Source of the DNA: a virus
Lineage: Duplodnaviria > Caudoviricetes
Virus record (IMG/VR): IMGVR_UViG_3300010163_000024
Span: 3 to 64,002 of that record
Direction: 5' to 3' (one strand)
DNA length: 64,000 bases
Below, in pieces: positions 39,101-48,336 of the stretch. Made by a program: the position numbers and the translations under genes. The notes beneath the pieces were generated by a model. The model did not search any database. It had not been told where the DNA came from and saw only the letters and a list, made by a program, of their open reading frames with translations. Every line of letters starts with the position of its first letter. Within the stretch, counting starts at the first letter, position 1.

Positions 39101-42100
39101 TACAGATTTGGGTTATGCCCAATTCCAACGTGGCGCTCGTTTTGATGAACAGGTGGATATCAAGGACGATGTAATAATTGGAAGTGACGGTTACACAGAC
39201 GGTCTTACGGGCTTTGGTATCCGTTTAGGGCGCGACGGTGCAAGCGAGATGGATAGCCTTACGCTGCGTCGTTTTCTTGAAGTTCCGGAACTACGGTACA
39301 ATCGTGTAGATATAACCCTCGGCAATGCGTGGAGGGCAGTTTGTGCCGGCATCATTGAAACCGTAATACCCGATACTGACGAGAATGGCAATCAACTCGA
39401 CAGCGGTGTTGTATACCTTAAACTGGAGGATGGCGAGATAGGCTCAGTGGCGGTGGATGATATTTGTATGGGTATATTCCATAATGAAACCGACCCGAGC
39501 GTAAATGCCACGGATGATACTGACGACAGCAAGGGTAACTTTACCTTTGCCGGTTTTGCAACCGTTTATTTCCGCATCACTGAGTTATTGGATGAGGGCC
39601 GCAAAGGGATATTCCGCTATGTCCTGCGTGCAACCGACAGCACATGGAAATTGAAGCACCACCCGCAGGAGGGCATGACGTTCACGGGGTATGGCAACTT
39701 TACGAATAAGGAACGTCAGACCTCGAAGTATGAAACTCGGACATACGAGCGTTACCTGAAAGATGTAAACGATTGGACTTTTTCAGCTCGCAATATAGCC
39801 GCACAGTTCGGTGACTTGTCGAACCTCGGCTCTGTATTAGGTGTAGATATGTCGGGGTACTCAATATACCTCAATAACATCTACATGACGGGTCGTATCC
39901 AGCAACTTAACTCACAAGGTGAGGAAGTACCTGTCATTACAGATAGGGGTGTCTGGAGTTCGATTGAGACATACTACAAGAACGATGATGTTTATCATAA
40001 TAACGCGAAGTGGCGTTGTTTGGTAGACGGCACGACGAGTGAGCCATCGAAAAACAGCAGTGCGTGGTTATTATTGCAGGAAGCGTTGAAAGGTGAAGAT
40101 GGTAAGCCCGGTGCCACCGGCGCACCCGGCAAAGACGGCGCACCCGGCAAAGACGGCGCATCGGTAACTATAACAGAGCAATCGGTAACTTATGCCGTGA
40201 GGTCTGATGCAAAACAACCAGCAGATAATGAATTTACATTAACTGCTGTACCCGAAGTTATTGTTGGACGATATCTTTGGATTAAAACACATATTGTTTA
40301 TTCTGATGGCACAATAACCACGTCATATTCTGTTAGTCGTGTAGGTGCAGATGGTGAAAATGGCATACCTGGAACTGCGGGTGCCGATGGGCAAACCTCG
40401 TATTTTCACACAGCCTATGCCAATAATGCTACAGGTACAGTTGGATTTTCGACTACTTATTTCTCGGGAGCGTTATATATCGGTACCTGCACGAACTTTA
40501 AGAAGGCTGACCCGACTACTCCGTCATCTTATACGTGGGCAAGGTTGAAAGGAGAGGACGGCAGTTCTTATACCGAGAATTTGCTGTCTGATAGCAAAAA
40601 GCGGAGAACGATAAATGAAGCAACGTCAGGTGTCATAGACGGATATTATCCCGACATGAAGATATCTCTCGTTAAGGGAGAAACCTATACTATCTCGGCG
40701 AAAACAAATGGTTATTTTAGTGATAATGATAATAAGTTAGTTAGTGATAACCGCGTAGTTTTATGGTTGGTAGGTGGAGCATATCTACCTGTGCCAATAT
40801 CAGCCGTAGCGTCCGACGGTAGTATTCAAAATAATACAAGGGCTACCGGAACAGAGGATGTATATCAGATAGTCAGCGGCACAGATATGGCATCCGATGG
40901 TAGCAAGGGCCACACCTTTATATGGGACAACGAAATTACTGATTGTTTCATATATGCCAGTGTCTACGGAGATGAGGAGTTGTGGATAGAAGAAGTTAAG
41001 ATTGAAAAAGGCACGAATCTTAACCCTGCATGGACGCCCAGTGCTGATGAAATGATAGGCAAGGAGGGCTGCATTCTGCGCACATCACAGTGGACATTAG
41101 GCACAGAATACCGCAATGATACGGATAGCAAGGAATTGAGCATAAGGTATCTGGATGTTGTTGTTATCAATGATGGGAATGGCAATCAATATCGATTCCA
41201 ATGCGCCAAAACTCATACGTCTAACGAAGACAACATGCCTCCAACTAATCTTGTAGGTAACGACTATTGGACACCGTTAAGCAATATGGCGCCGTTATAT
41301 ACCCCGCTGTTGTTAGCGGATAATGCCGAGATTACGTTTGCCAATAGTACCCGAATCCTTATTAAGGATCAAGCGGGCAATATATGTGCCGGCATGATGG
41401 CTGACAATACGAGTAAGGATACTCCGTTTTGGTTGGGCGCGGACTATGACCTGAGAAAAACAGCACCTTTCCGTGTTAACTCTAAAGGTCAGGTAGTAGC
41501 AAATGATATTACTATTAACGGTAGCTACAAGGGTGCGTTTGGATATTGGAATGATGAGTCCTACAATGATGTATTTTTTGGCGACTTAAATGGACTGGGT
41601 CGGAAAGACAATATCGTCATACCCTTAAATGTAACACTCAACGAAAATACGATAAATGCGAATAATTTTCCATGGGGGGTTGAAAATATAGGTCGTGTCA
41701 TAAGGTTGATAAATTACAGGTGGGGAACGAAATATGCCCAAGGACGGACAATTATAAAAGCTCCGGGCAATAAATATTTCTTCGAGAACGGGATGAAATA
41801 CAACACGTTGATCTTATCTCGCGAGATGGTTGAATTGGTTGGCTATGGAGTTCCTAAAGGTTTTCAAGAGAGTGATACCACCTATATTGGGGCAACCTTT
41901 TACGGATGGATAGTGTCCCGGCGAATAGATTTAGGTACCAATAATGCTTACGGTAGTTCCCAAAAGATATTGGCGGCAGGGACTATGATGCGAGATGAAG
42001 CGTCTGGTCTATTTCCCCAAAATATTTGGACATATAGGTTGACTAATGGCAACAGCGAAGAATTTAAAGCCAAGATAGAATCTGATGGTATTAGTATAAA

Positions 42101-42470
42101 AATCCTTTTACCCCAAGGTTTGGTAACTAATACGAATTATGTTGTTATCCTACAAGCAATGTTGGTACCGCCGGGATCATCCAATATAACGTTAGATATT
42201 AATCATTGTGCGACGAATGTTTTCCTTATTGGGCAAGGCTATGACGATGAAAGCCAATGTTATTATTTTACTTATAAACCAATGCGCGGAAATGCAGGGA
42301 TGGTACCTCATTGCGTGTATTTTGAGGTTCATTCGACCGCAGATTTCTTGGTGCCTAACGTTTCCAATGTAGCCGAAGTCATGTCTATAAATAGCCTTGA
42401 TACGACGGCTACCGAGGATGAGTCCAAGTTTGTTACATACGTTATCAAACATGGCCCCGGCATAGATTAA
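36171..42470 (+). CDS. Large tail protein (Tal/central fibre-like) with collagen-like repeats and carbohydrate-binding-like modules
   Basis: 2099 aa; G-X-Y runs (GEDGKPGATGAPGKDGAPGKDGA; GADGENGIPGTAGADG); ENLL...KIEKG..PAWTPS module; (PSN)n linker. Confidence 0.8.
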   Translation: MIKDIKEINFPNYATLSQATVNIADMGERTITTQIKIDGDVIPDFSYDWEVEYKGERYIHTARTPQASKDNTSRRTSIDLTFKHWVIAELQRYYFVEMASTDAGTAVADKYEASLGLALPDFVNAFNKVLDYYFNGDIRIVLNPAWVASPEASFVEINYSYLWDVLQKVYEIYGVRWTIEPVTGESRKCLIKFGYDAPAEVSHVFEYGYKGGLLKVERQVQSTDIRNIIFGRGGDKNLPYLYFKDYDRFGVGASGDPSNPSNPSNPSNPSDTDSSSKTETISGVTSAIIPSIAKQEKETIITTSTNTFEIAEGKSGVLTPGIPEATGFYKYDQILQVIEIGGVFHAVIGGTKAEVEVVYIALGSPFLRVFNLTTGDEVSPVAIPPGEYYYTWENVVTNNYTDTIYDVKVTLPSLTLVTGSGNVIGASQTGNRGFRPDPDAIPELNNIAFTELRSSEFREYVRGWKAAHYGGEIPAEPSETFIKGLTDKKFDPVEYVKDDDSIAKYGKYLGALDKNEEIYPSIQGSGVEDIIAVEEQTSDVVDVDTKGTKTESIAGGKWSEKIIDHNNGISFRIRKDFAIPEGKVGVVKGRTITFSCTANGRYYKTIYRFTGLGPLLNVNGFTQEGYGSIEDLFSLAIAVSKIQNTRTLKSYNIGAKGTDGIPTGNYKLLVDIAAQRKSTAPTIYNLLVECADFSLTHQYKEDYQWDSPHTFNIWVKNLWNTEKRNDETVKQYADRVWFPIMGQNDAEITFTSGLLSISSDYQFKIIKGGINYDTSKVCNGEKSHWRLTLAKSQAEYETTGLLIPNTRINAKAGDRFFFSNVELPHQYVLWAEQRLHDYKVDHLEQVSDIKPTWVVSLDKVRCNNLESGEVVKLIDQIQVGAAVNISHPFLTDKPHNTLYVQSATYTYAEPQQDSPAFYPDVEIVLSDKIATVTNPVSLMQGEIDALRNQVGGSLSNIAQVVRAVGDRLYLRKDGISDTDLGYAQFQRGARFDEQVDIKDDVIIGSDGYTDGLTGFGIRLGRDGASEMDSLTLRRFLEVPELRYNRVDITLGNAWRAVCAGIIETVIPDTDENGNQLDSGVVYLKLEDGEIGSVAVDDICMGIFHNETDPSVNATDDTDDSKGNFTFAGFATVYFRITELLDEGRKGIFRYVLRATDSTWKLKHHPQEGMTFTGYGNFTNKERQTSKYETRTYERYLKDVNDWTFSARNIAAQFGDLSNLGSVLGVDMSGYSIYLNNIYMTGRIQQLNSQGEEVPVITDRGVWSSIETYYKNDDVYHNNAKWRCLVDGTTSEPSKNSSAWLLLQEALKGEDGKPGATGAPGKDGAPGKDGASVTITEQSVTYAVRSDAKQPADNEFTLTAVPEVIVGRYLWIKTHIVYSDGTITTSYSVSRVGADGENGIPGTAGADGQTSYFHTAYANNATGTVGFSTTYFSGALYIGTCTNFKKADPTTPSSYTWARLKGEDGSSYTENLLSDSKKRRTINEATSGVIDGYYPDMKISLVKGETYTISAKTNGYFSDNDNKLVSDNRVVLWLVGGAYLPVPISAVASDGSIQNNTRATGTEDVYQIVSGTDMASDGSKGHTFIWDNEITDCFIYASVYGDEELWIEEVKIEKGTNLNPAWTPSADEMIGKEGCILRTSQWTLGTEYRNDTDSKELSIRYLDVVVINDGNGNQYRFQCAKTHTSNEDNMPPTNLVGNDYWTPLSNMAPLYTPLLLADNAEITFANSTRILIKDQAGNICAGMMADNTSKDTPFWLGADYDLRKTAPFRVNSKGQVVANDITINGSYKGAFGYWNDESYNDVFFGDLNGLGRKDNIVIPLNVTLNENTINANNFPWGVENIGRVIRLINYRWGTKYAQGRTIIKAPGNKYFFENGMKYNTLILSREMVELVGYGVPKGFQESDTTYIGATFYGWIVSRRIDLGTNNAYGSSQKILAAGTMMRDEASGLFPQNIWTYRLTNGNSEEFKAKIESDGISIKILLPQGLVTNTNYVVILQAMLVPPGSSNITLDINHCATNVFLIGQGYDDESQCYYFTYKPMRGNAGMVPHCVYFEVHSTADFLVPNVSNVAEVMSINSLDTTATEDESKFVTYVIKHGPGID
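36939..36980 (+). repeat. 9-bp tandem repeat encoding (PSN)4
   Basis: CCGAG(C/T)AAT x4 plus a partial copy. Confidence 0.9.
40119..40160 (+). repeat. 18-bp tandem repeat encoding collagen-like GAPGKD
   Basis: GGCGCACCCGGCAAAGAC x2 plus a partial copy. Confidence 0.9.
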
Positions 42471-42486
42471 CTTGATACGACAAAGT

Positions 42487-45231
42487 ATGTTACGACTGAA
42501 AGATACAAGTATAAGTAAGCCGGTACCCTATCCGAGGGTGGAGAGAAAAGACCCTACCGTCATCGACAAAGGTTGGGATAGGGTCGGAGGATTTACGCTT
42601 CGGGATAAGGTGGACTTTATGCCGCAGAAAGGATTGCAGGAAAGATTGTGCGCGTGTGATAGTAACCTCGTGTTCCTTTGTGGAGCGGCTACAATGGGTA
42701 AGGCGCAGCCATACGACACAAAGGTTCTTACACCTAACGGATTTGTAGATATGGGGTCGCTACAAGTCGGCGACACTATATCGGGATCAGACGGAGGTAG
42801 GCAGACCGTATTAGGTATTTTCGAGCAAGGAGAAAAGGACGTTTACGGAATTAATTTCGAGGATGGAAGTTATACAGAGTGTTGCAAAGAACATCTTTGG
42901 AAAATATCTTCGAGAACATTAAGTTGTCATCAAACTTATGGCGATTACCACATCGAAAAGTTTGAGGATATTATGCGGCTTCTCGACACGAATTACGCTG
43001 TATGTATTCCTTATTGTGGAAAAATACAGTTCAAGGAACAAGAACTTCCTGTAAAGCCATATACGCTCGGAGTTATATTAGGTGATGGTCATTTCCCAAA
43101 ACGAGGTAATCCGCAAATTTCTTGTATTGATACTGAAATTATTGATAGAATAAAGAAAGATGGGTATTCCGTAAGTAAGATACCAAGCCACACTATAGAC
43201 TATATTATATCGGGTCATAACATAAATCAAAAAATCAAAGAACTCGGATTGTGGGATAAACGCTCTTGGAGTAAGTTTATTCCCAACATATATAAAATGT
43301 CAAGTGTGGATGACAGAATGGAGTTGATACGAGGTCTTATGGACACCGATGGTTGTATAGATACGAATAGCAGATTGTATTATGCAACAGCAAGCAAACA
43401 ACTTGCAAAAGATTTTCAATGGATTGTACGCTCTTTGGGTGGTAGGTGTTCTATAACGGAAGCACATCCAAAATATAAATGGAAAGGAGAAGTTAGGCAA
43501 GGGCGAACATCATACTGCTTATGGCCGTCTTTCAAGGATGATAATAATGCAGTAACAATTACAAGAAAGAAAGAACGAACAAGGGAACATACATATAGTC
43601 GTCGTAAGTCCATCGTATCTTATAAGTATGTAGGCAAAAAGCAATGCCGATGCATTCTTGTATCGAATCCCGACCACTTGTATATTACTGACGACTTCAT
43701 CGTTACTCATAACACCTACGGAATGTTCTTAAAGTCGTTAGAGGGCATAGATAAGCAAGGCTATACGGCTCGTATGATTTCCGTCCGCTTACAGGATAGC
43801 AAGAAAGGTTCATCTATATTCCGTGATGCGGTCGAGGTTTGTGGTAATTTTGCAGGGTGTGAGTACAATTCATCGGACTACCCTACATTCTCGTGGAAAA
43901 AGTGGAATAGCAACTTGCAGTTGATTCACTTAAACTTTAATGTAAATAATCAGCAAGAATGGGAGGATTTTCAAGAGTATTGTAAAAAGCAGCAAAGTTC
44001 AAAAATACTCGTGGATGAGGCTACGGATGCAGAGGAAAAGGCTTTGATGTATCTTTTTTCTCGTAACCGCGATAGTTCGGGTATGACACCACAATCTATA
44101 TGGTCATTCAACCCAAAACACGAACATTTCACTACCCGCGTTCTAAAAGATGCTGGATATTTGGGCGAAGATTGGTTTTTCAAACCTGAAATGAATGGTG
44201 CTACACGGTATTTCTATATGTTAGGAGATACTTTTGCAGATGCTATTTGGGGGGACACGCCCGAAGAAGTGGCAGAGAGAGCGAATATCCAAATTAGTGA
44301 TGGTGATAAGGCGGCAGGCGTAACGTTCTACCATATTGTAAAATCATTCACGGCTTTCACAGGAGAAGCATCAGATAACCGTAAACTTATTGCCGCGACG
44401 AAAGGTCAAGTTATCGGAAACCTGCACGCCGTAGGTAAAACCCAGCGAAGTGTTCTTAAAGGTGCTTATTTCGGTCCTATTGACAACGAGGAACTGACCG
44501 TATCGCGGCAGATGATACACGCCTTATGGGAGAACCCTATCAATGGCGATGAGAATATGTACGCCACTATGGACGTGTCGGGAGGTGGCGAGGAGAGCGA
44601 CAACTGTCCTATGGTTATATGGAAAGGGTTGCAGATTATCGCTATAAAGATGTTCAGCGGAGACCCTAAACAGTTGGTCGATTGGATTGACACTACCTTA
44701 CGAGAGTATGGTGTCCCGACAGAACACTTTGCATTTGACGCAACCGGCATTGGCTACTATCTCCGGAGTTATTCGTCCGGTGTTCCTATTACGGCAAATA
44801 AGAGAGTTTTGCAGGAATACGACGAGTACGGGAACCCAGTAACACTTACTGATTACTACAACCTGCGTTCGCAGTTGCTCGGCAAGACGAAAGTATTGTT
44901 GGAGAAAGGTGAGATTTCGTGCGCGGTGGATAAGGATATTGTGTTACCATACGGTAAGAAAGGCAAGACACGGCGGTTGATAGACATTCTGTTCGACGAG
45001 ATGAATGTGTTTATTACGACTACAAGGAACAGAAAGGTTTACTACCGACACAAGGATGAATATAGAAGCAAATTTAAGGCTTCGCCTGACCTTATGGACG
45101 CCATATCGTATAGGGCTATTTTCGAGCTAGATGCGCGAGAAAAGAAAGCGCCGCCTAAGGAGATATCCGATGATGCTTACGACGGCTTGTATCAGCACTA
45201 CGGCAGAGGACAGAGTGTTGTTTGGGTGTAG
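42487..45231 (+). CDS. terL: Terminase large subunit, intein-containing
   Basis: After intein removal Walker A reads GAATMGKT; Walker B ILVDEATD; nuclease MDVSGGG...FAFDATGIG...PDLMDAI. Confidence 0.9.
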   Translation: MLRLKDTSISKPVPYPRVERKDPTVIDKGWDRVGGFTLRDKVDFMPQKGLQERLCACDSNLVFLCGAATMGKAQPYDTKVLTPNGFVDMGSLQVGDTISGSDGGRQTVLGIFEQGEKDVYGINFEDGSYTECCKEHLWKISSRTLSCHQTYGDYHIEKFEDIMRLLDTNYAVCIPYCGKIQFKEQELPVKPYTLGVILGDGHFPKRGNPQISCIDTEIIDRIKKDGYSVSKIPSHTIDYIISGHNINQKIKELGLWDKRSWSKFIPNIYKMSSVDDRMELIRGLMDTDGCIDTNSRLYYATASKQLAKDFQWIVRSLGGRCSITEAHPKYKWKGEVRQGRTSYCLWPSFKDDNNAVTITRKKERTREHTYSRRKSIVSYKYVGKKQCRCILVSNPDHLYITDDFIVTHNTYGMFLKSLEGIDKQGYTARMISVRLQDSKKGSSIFRDAVEVCGNFAGCEYNSSDYPTFSWKKWNSNLQLIHLNFNVNNQQEWEDFQEYCKKQQSSKILVDEATDAEEKALMYLFSRNRDSSGMTPQSIWSFNPKHEHFTTRVLKDAGYLGEDWFFKPEMNGATRYFYMLGDTFADAIWGDTPEEVAERANIQISDGDKAAGVTFYHIVKSFTAFTGEASDNRKLIAATKGQVIGNLHAVGKTQRSVLKGAYFGPIDNEELTVSRQMIHALWENPINGDENMYATMDVSGGGEESDNCPMVIWKGLQIIAIKMFSGDPKQLVDWIDTTLREYGVPTEHFAFDATGIGYYLRSYSSGVPITANKRVLQEYDEYGNPVTLTDYYNLRSQLLGKTKVLLEKGEISCAVDKDIVLPYGKKGKTRRLIDILFDEMNVFITTTRNRKVYYRHKDEYRSKFKASPDLMDAISYRAIFELDAREKKAPPKEISDDAYDGLYQHYGRGQSVVWV
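42703..43713 (+). mobile_element. Intein (337 aa, class 3 signature) with LAGLIDADG homing endonuclease
   Basis: Starts AQPYDTKVLTPNG, ends IVTHN followed by Thr; block B EHLW, block F CRCILV, LGVILGDG and IRGLMDTDG motifs. Confidence 0.92.
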
Positions 45232-45502
45232 ACTACTACAAAGGTATAGGCTTCGGGTTCGATGAGAAGTGCTTGGGTGATTATGTCCCCCTTGTTTATT
45301 ATATAGGTGATTATGTACTAACTTCCATAGCAAAATTTAGCGAGATAACAAAATGTTTCAAAGAACACTTCTCTTATTTTCACGATCTTTGCAAAGGGTT
45401 ACTTCATATATAAATGCCTTTTTAAATGGGGGGGAACTTGTATGATTTGTATATTATATTTTTTTTCTTATATTTGCGCAGGTTAGAGTGTTAAATTCGG
45501 TC

Positions 45503-45685
45503 ATGGATAGGACTATTTATTGTTCAGAGTGTTCAAAGCGCGGACTACCGCCTAAAAAGTTGGGTGTAGTCGAGGATGTAGAGCGAGCCGGAGGCAAATT
45601 GCGCCTTTGGTGTAAACAATGCAAAAAAGAGATTCGCGTAGTAATTCAAGACGGTAAGATAGTAACGACAGACGCTAATAGATAG
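45503..45685 (+). CDS. Small zinc-binding protein
   Basis: CSEC...LWCKQCK; upstream TATATTTG promoter. Confidence 0.55.
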   Translation: MDRTIYCSECSKRGLPPKKLGVVEDVERAGGKLRLWCKQCKKEIRVVIQDGKIVTTDANR

Positions 45686-45797
45686 AAAACTTTTTCGTAA
45701 CATACCTTTTTTTGAGTTTTTGAGCCAACGGTATTTCTGCCGTTGGCTCTTTTGCTTTTTTGGGGTGTGGGACGGATAAAAATATAAATATGACAAT

Positions 45798-45890
45798 CAC
45801 CTGCGGTGAGCGGGGCAGAGCGCGCGGAGTTGCCGACAGTAGTTGGGGCTAAGAAACGCGAATATGTGTAACTTATTAAATCATAATCAC
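45798..45890 (+). ncRNA. Orphan copy of TnpB omega-RNA scaffold (copy A)
   Basis: CACCTGCGGTGAGCGGGGCAGAGCGCGCGGAGTTGCCGACAGTAGTTGGGGCTAAGAAACGCGAATATG aligns with the reverse complement of 9.89-9.96 kb. Confidence 0.8.
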
Positions 45891-46574
45891 ATGAAAAACA
45901 AAATTAAGGCGGCATTGCAACAGAAGTATCCGCAACTGGGGCTTGCTGATGAAGTTTTTGAGGGGGTCGCTTCCGCCGTTGAAACCCTTATCCCGGATGA
46001 GGCAGCCATTCCCGCTTTCGTAGAGGGCGCGGAGGGTATGCTGAAACGGTATCAGAGTATCGCTGACAAGACGCGTGGAGAGTTAGCAGAGGCGAAGCGG
46101 GAGTTGGAAGCGTTGAAAGCAAAGCAAGTTGAAAAGCCTGCCGAGCCAAAAGATGCACCAAAATCCCAAGAAGAACCGAAGCCTGCGGAAACGTCCGACC
46201 TTTCCAAACTAATCAGTGAGGCCGTAAGTGCAGCGGTGAAGCCCTTGCAAGACGAACTTGCGTCTTTCAAAGGAGAGCAGGCACAAAAGGCCGCCGTGAA
46301 AACGGCAAAGGAAAAGTTCTTCGCAAACGACTACGCAAAGAAGTACGAAACCGAGCGCGACGATGCGTGGGAACGTGCTATCGAGAAGTTCGAGGACACG
46401 GGCAGTAAAATGAACGTAGACGAACTTCACAACACGGCTATGGGATACTTTAATAAGTATGTTTCTCGAAAGGGCGTAGACACCAAAGTACCGTTCAAGA
46501 GCGAGGGGAACAGCGATACTGAAAACTTTTCCGCATTCGACAGAGTGGTGGCAAAGGAGAACGAAAAAAAGTAG
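45891..46574 (+). CDS. Capsid scaffolding protein
   Basis: Charged coiled-coil protein just upstream of the head genes; probable start 45891. Confidence 0.7.
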   Translation: MKNKIKAALQQKYPQLGLADEVFEGVASAVETLIPDEAAIPAFVEGAEGMLKRYQSIADKTRGELAEAKRELEALKAKQVEKPAEPKDAPKSQEEPKPAETSDLSKLISEAVSAAVKPLQDELASFKGEQAQKAAVKTAKEKFFANDYAKKYETERDDAWERAIEKFEDTGSKMNVDELHNTAMGYFNKYVSRKGVDTKVPFKSEGNSDTENFSAFDRVVAKENEKK

Positions 46575-46593
46575 AATATAAAAACAAAAAAAG

Positions 46594-46995
46594 ATGAAAC
46601 ATTACGGAAACACATTCAATGCCGAGAAAGTCGATTCGGTAGATGTTGAGCGCATTTCGTTGTGGAAGTCCGTGCGAGAGTTTTTCCCGAGCGGTGCCGT
46701 GCTTTCGTCGGAGGACGTTGCTGATACGACAGACCTTGCAACCGGTAAGGTTAAGGTCGGCGACATTATCCCCGCAGGTACGCCTATTTTCGTTACGAAG
46801 CCCGGCGGTAAACCGACTTTCAACGGTGCAACTCCTCTTGGTCTGACCTATGAGGATGTAGAGATGGGTAACGAGGGTTGCACGTTCACTATCGTAACGA
46901 TGGGCGAGTTCCTCGAATCGCGCACAAAAGCAACAATTACAGACGCACAAAAATCGCATCTGTTTGGTCGTATTTCATTCATTAAGGAGGTATAA
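46594..46995 (+). CDS. Head decoration protein
   Basis: 133-aa beta-rich ORF between scaffold and capsid (IPAGTPI...PLGLTYED). Confidence 0.65.
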   Translation: MKHYGNTFNAEKVDSVDVERISLWKSVREFFPSGAVLSSEDVADTTDLATGKVKVGDIIPAGTPIFVTKPGGKPTFNGATPLGLTYEDVEMGNEGCTFTIVTMGEFLESRTKATITDAQKSHLFGRISFIKEV

Positions 46996-46998
46996 GCT

Positions 46999-48312
46999 AT
47001 GGATGCAAGATTTAATGGATTTGGAAACATTATGCAGGCTCTCGGACTTGGTTCGTCCAAGTCGTTAGAGGTTTGGTACAATAAATACCTGCAAGGAAAG
47101 GAGACGACCAACTTTAATATAGACGGTTTCTCGTGGGACGAACAGCAAATCGACTTCTCGTATGAACTGGGTGAAGTAGACGAGAACATCACGGCAATGG
47201 CTACCTATGTGGACGTGAACTCCGAGCCGCTGCCTCGTGGTCGTCAAATCTCTATGCGTAAGTTCGGCGGTTATATCCCGCGTCAGAGGCGACTGGAGGT
47301 TATGGGTGAGAATGATTACCGCCGTTGGCTTATTGCTGCACAGGATCTGGAGAGTGCCGCCGTTCTTCGTGGCGATTCTCCCTACACCTCACTGCTTGAC
47401 TACTTTGCCAAGAACATTCTGAACACTGTTTCGGAGTTCCCGTCGGCACACGCGCAGTCGATTACCTATCAAGTGGGTCAGATGAAGTCGAACCCCGATG
47501 GTTTGGTACTCACTGACACGAACAACCAAGGCGGTATTGTAAACGTATCGTTTAAGTCGAATATCCCGGCGGAGAACGTAACCACTTCTGCTTACTGGAC
47601 GGAGGACGCAAATGGTAACGTAGCTTCCTACGACGAGACGAAGAATCCTGTTATGGATTCGCAGAAGTTCGTTAAGGATTTGAAGTATAGCGGCACTTAC
47701 GGTGCAGTTACGCTGGAACTTGACGAGGAGGATACGATGTACAAGCTGGTTCGTCACCCTGCATTCAAAAAGGCGATCGGTTACATGACTATTGGGGGTC
47801 TGTACACCGCAGGTAAGTCAAATGATGATTCGGATATTCGTGCTGCCGAAGCTGGTAGTTGGGCACTAATGACGGCGGACGACGCACAGATTAAGACGTG
47901 GTTCAAGCGCCTTATGGGCGTCGATGAGGTTGTTTACCACAATAATGTGGTATTCGCGCCGAAGTTCAACGCGGAGACTAAGCAATTCGACTACCCGATG
48001 CTCAAAGCGTTCAACACCGGCGTCCTGCTGTATCGTCCGAGCGGCAATATGGGTACGATTAAGAACGTCGTTCCTGTGCGTCCCGACGGTAGTGCAATCT
48101 CGGCGAATATCTTTGGCGGTCGCGGTATTATCGAGTACCGGTACAACCCCGAGACTCGTACCCAGACTTGGGTTTCCGAGCTGACCGCACTGGCAGTTCC
48201 GAGCCGTCCGACGAAGATGTACATCAAGAAGATTAGCAACGATTCGGCGGTTCTGTCTCGTTTGGTAGATACCGAGCCGAAAGTGTTGTCTACCAAAACT
48301 TCGAGCAAGTAG
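46999..48312 (+). CDS. Major capsid protein
   Basis: 437 aa, position in the head cluster, lambda gpE-like organisation. Confidence 0.75.
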   Translation: MDARFNGFGNIMQALGLGSSKSLEVWYNKYLQGKETTNFNIDGFSWDEQQIDFSYELGEVDENITAMATYVDVNSEPLPRGRQISMRKFGGYIPRQRRLEVMGENDYRRWLIAAQDLESAAVLRGDSPYTSLLDYFAKNILNTVSEFPSAHAQSITYQVGQMKSNPDGLVLTDTNNQGGIVNVSFKSNIPAENVTTSAYWTEDANGNVASYDETKNPVMDSQKFVKDLKYSGTYGAVTLELDEEDTMYKLVRHPAFKKAIGYMTIGGLYTAGKSNDDSDIRAAEAGSWALMTADDAQIKTWFKRLMGVDEVVYHNNVVFAPKFNAETKQFDYPMLKAFNTGVLLYRPSGNMGTIKNVVPVRPDGSAISANIFGGRGIIEYRYNPETRTQTWVSELTALAVPSRPTKMYIKKISNDSAVLSRLVDTEPKVLSTKTSSK

Positions 48313-48336
48313 GGAAACAAATGAACATTGAGTAGT

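Noticed and set aside
45301-45311. ATATAGGTGAT shared with 63091-63101 as a possible att core
   Set aside because: Many 11-mer matches are expected by chance in 64 kb, and there is no supporting arm structure.
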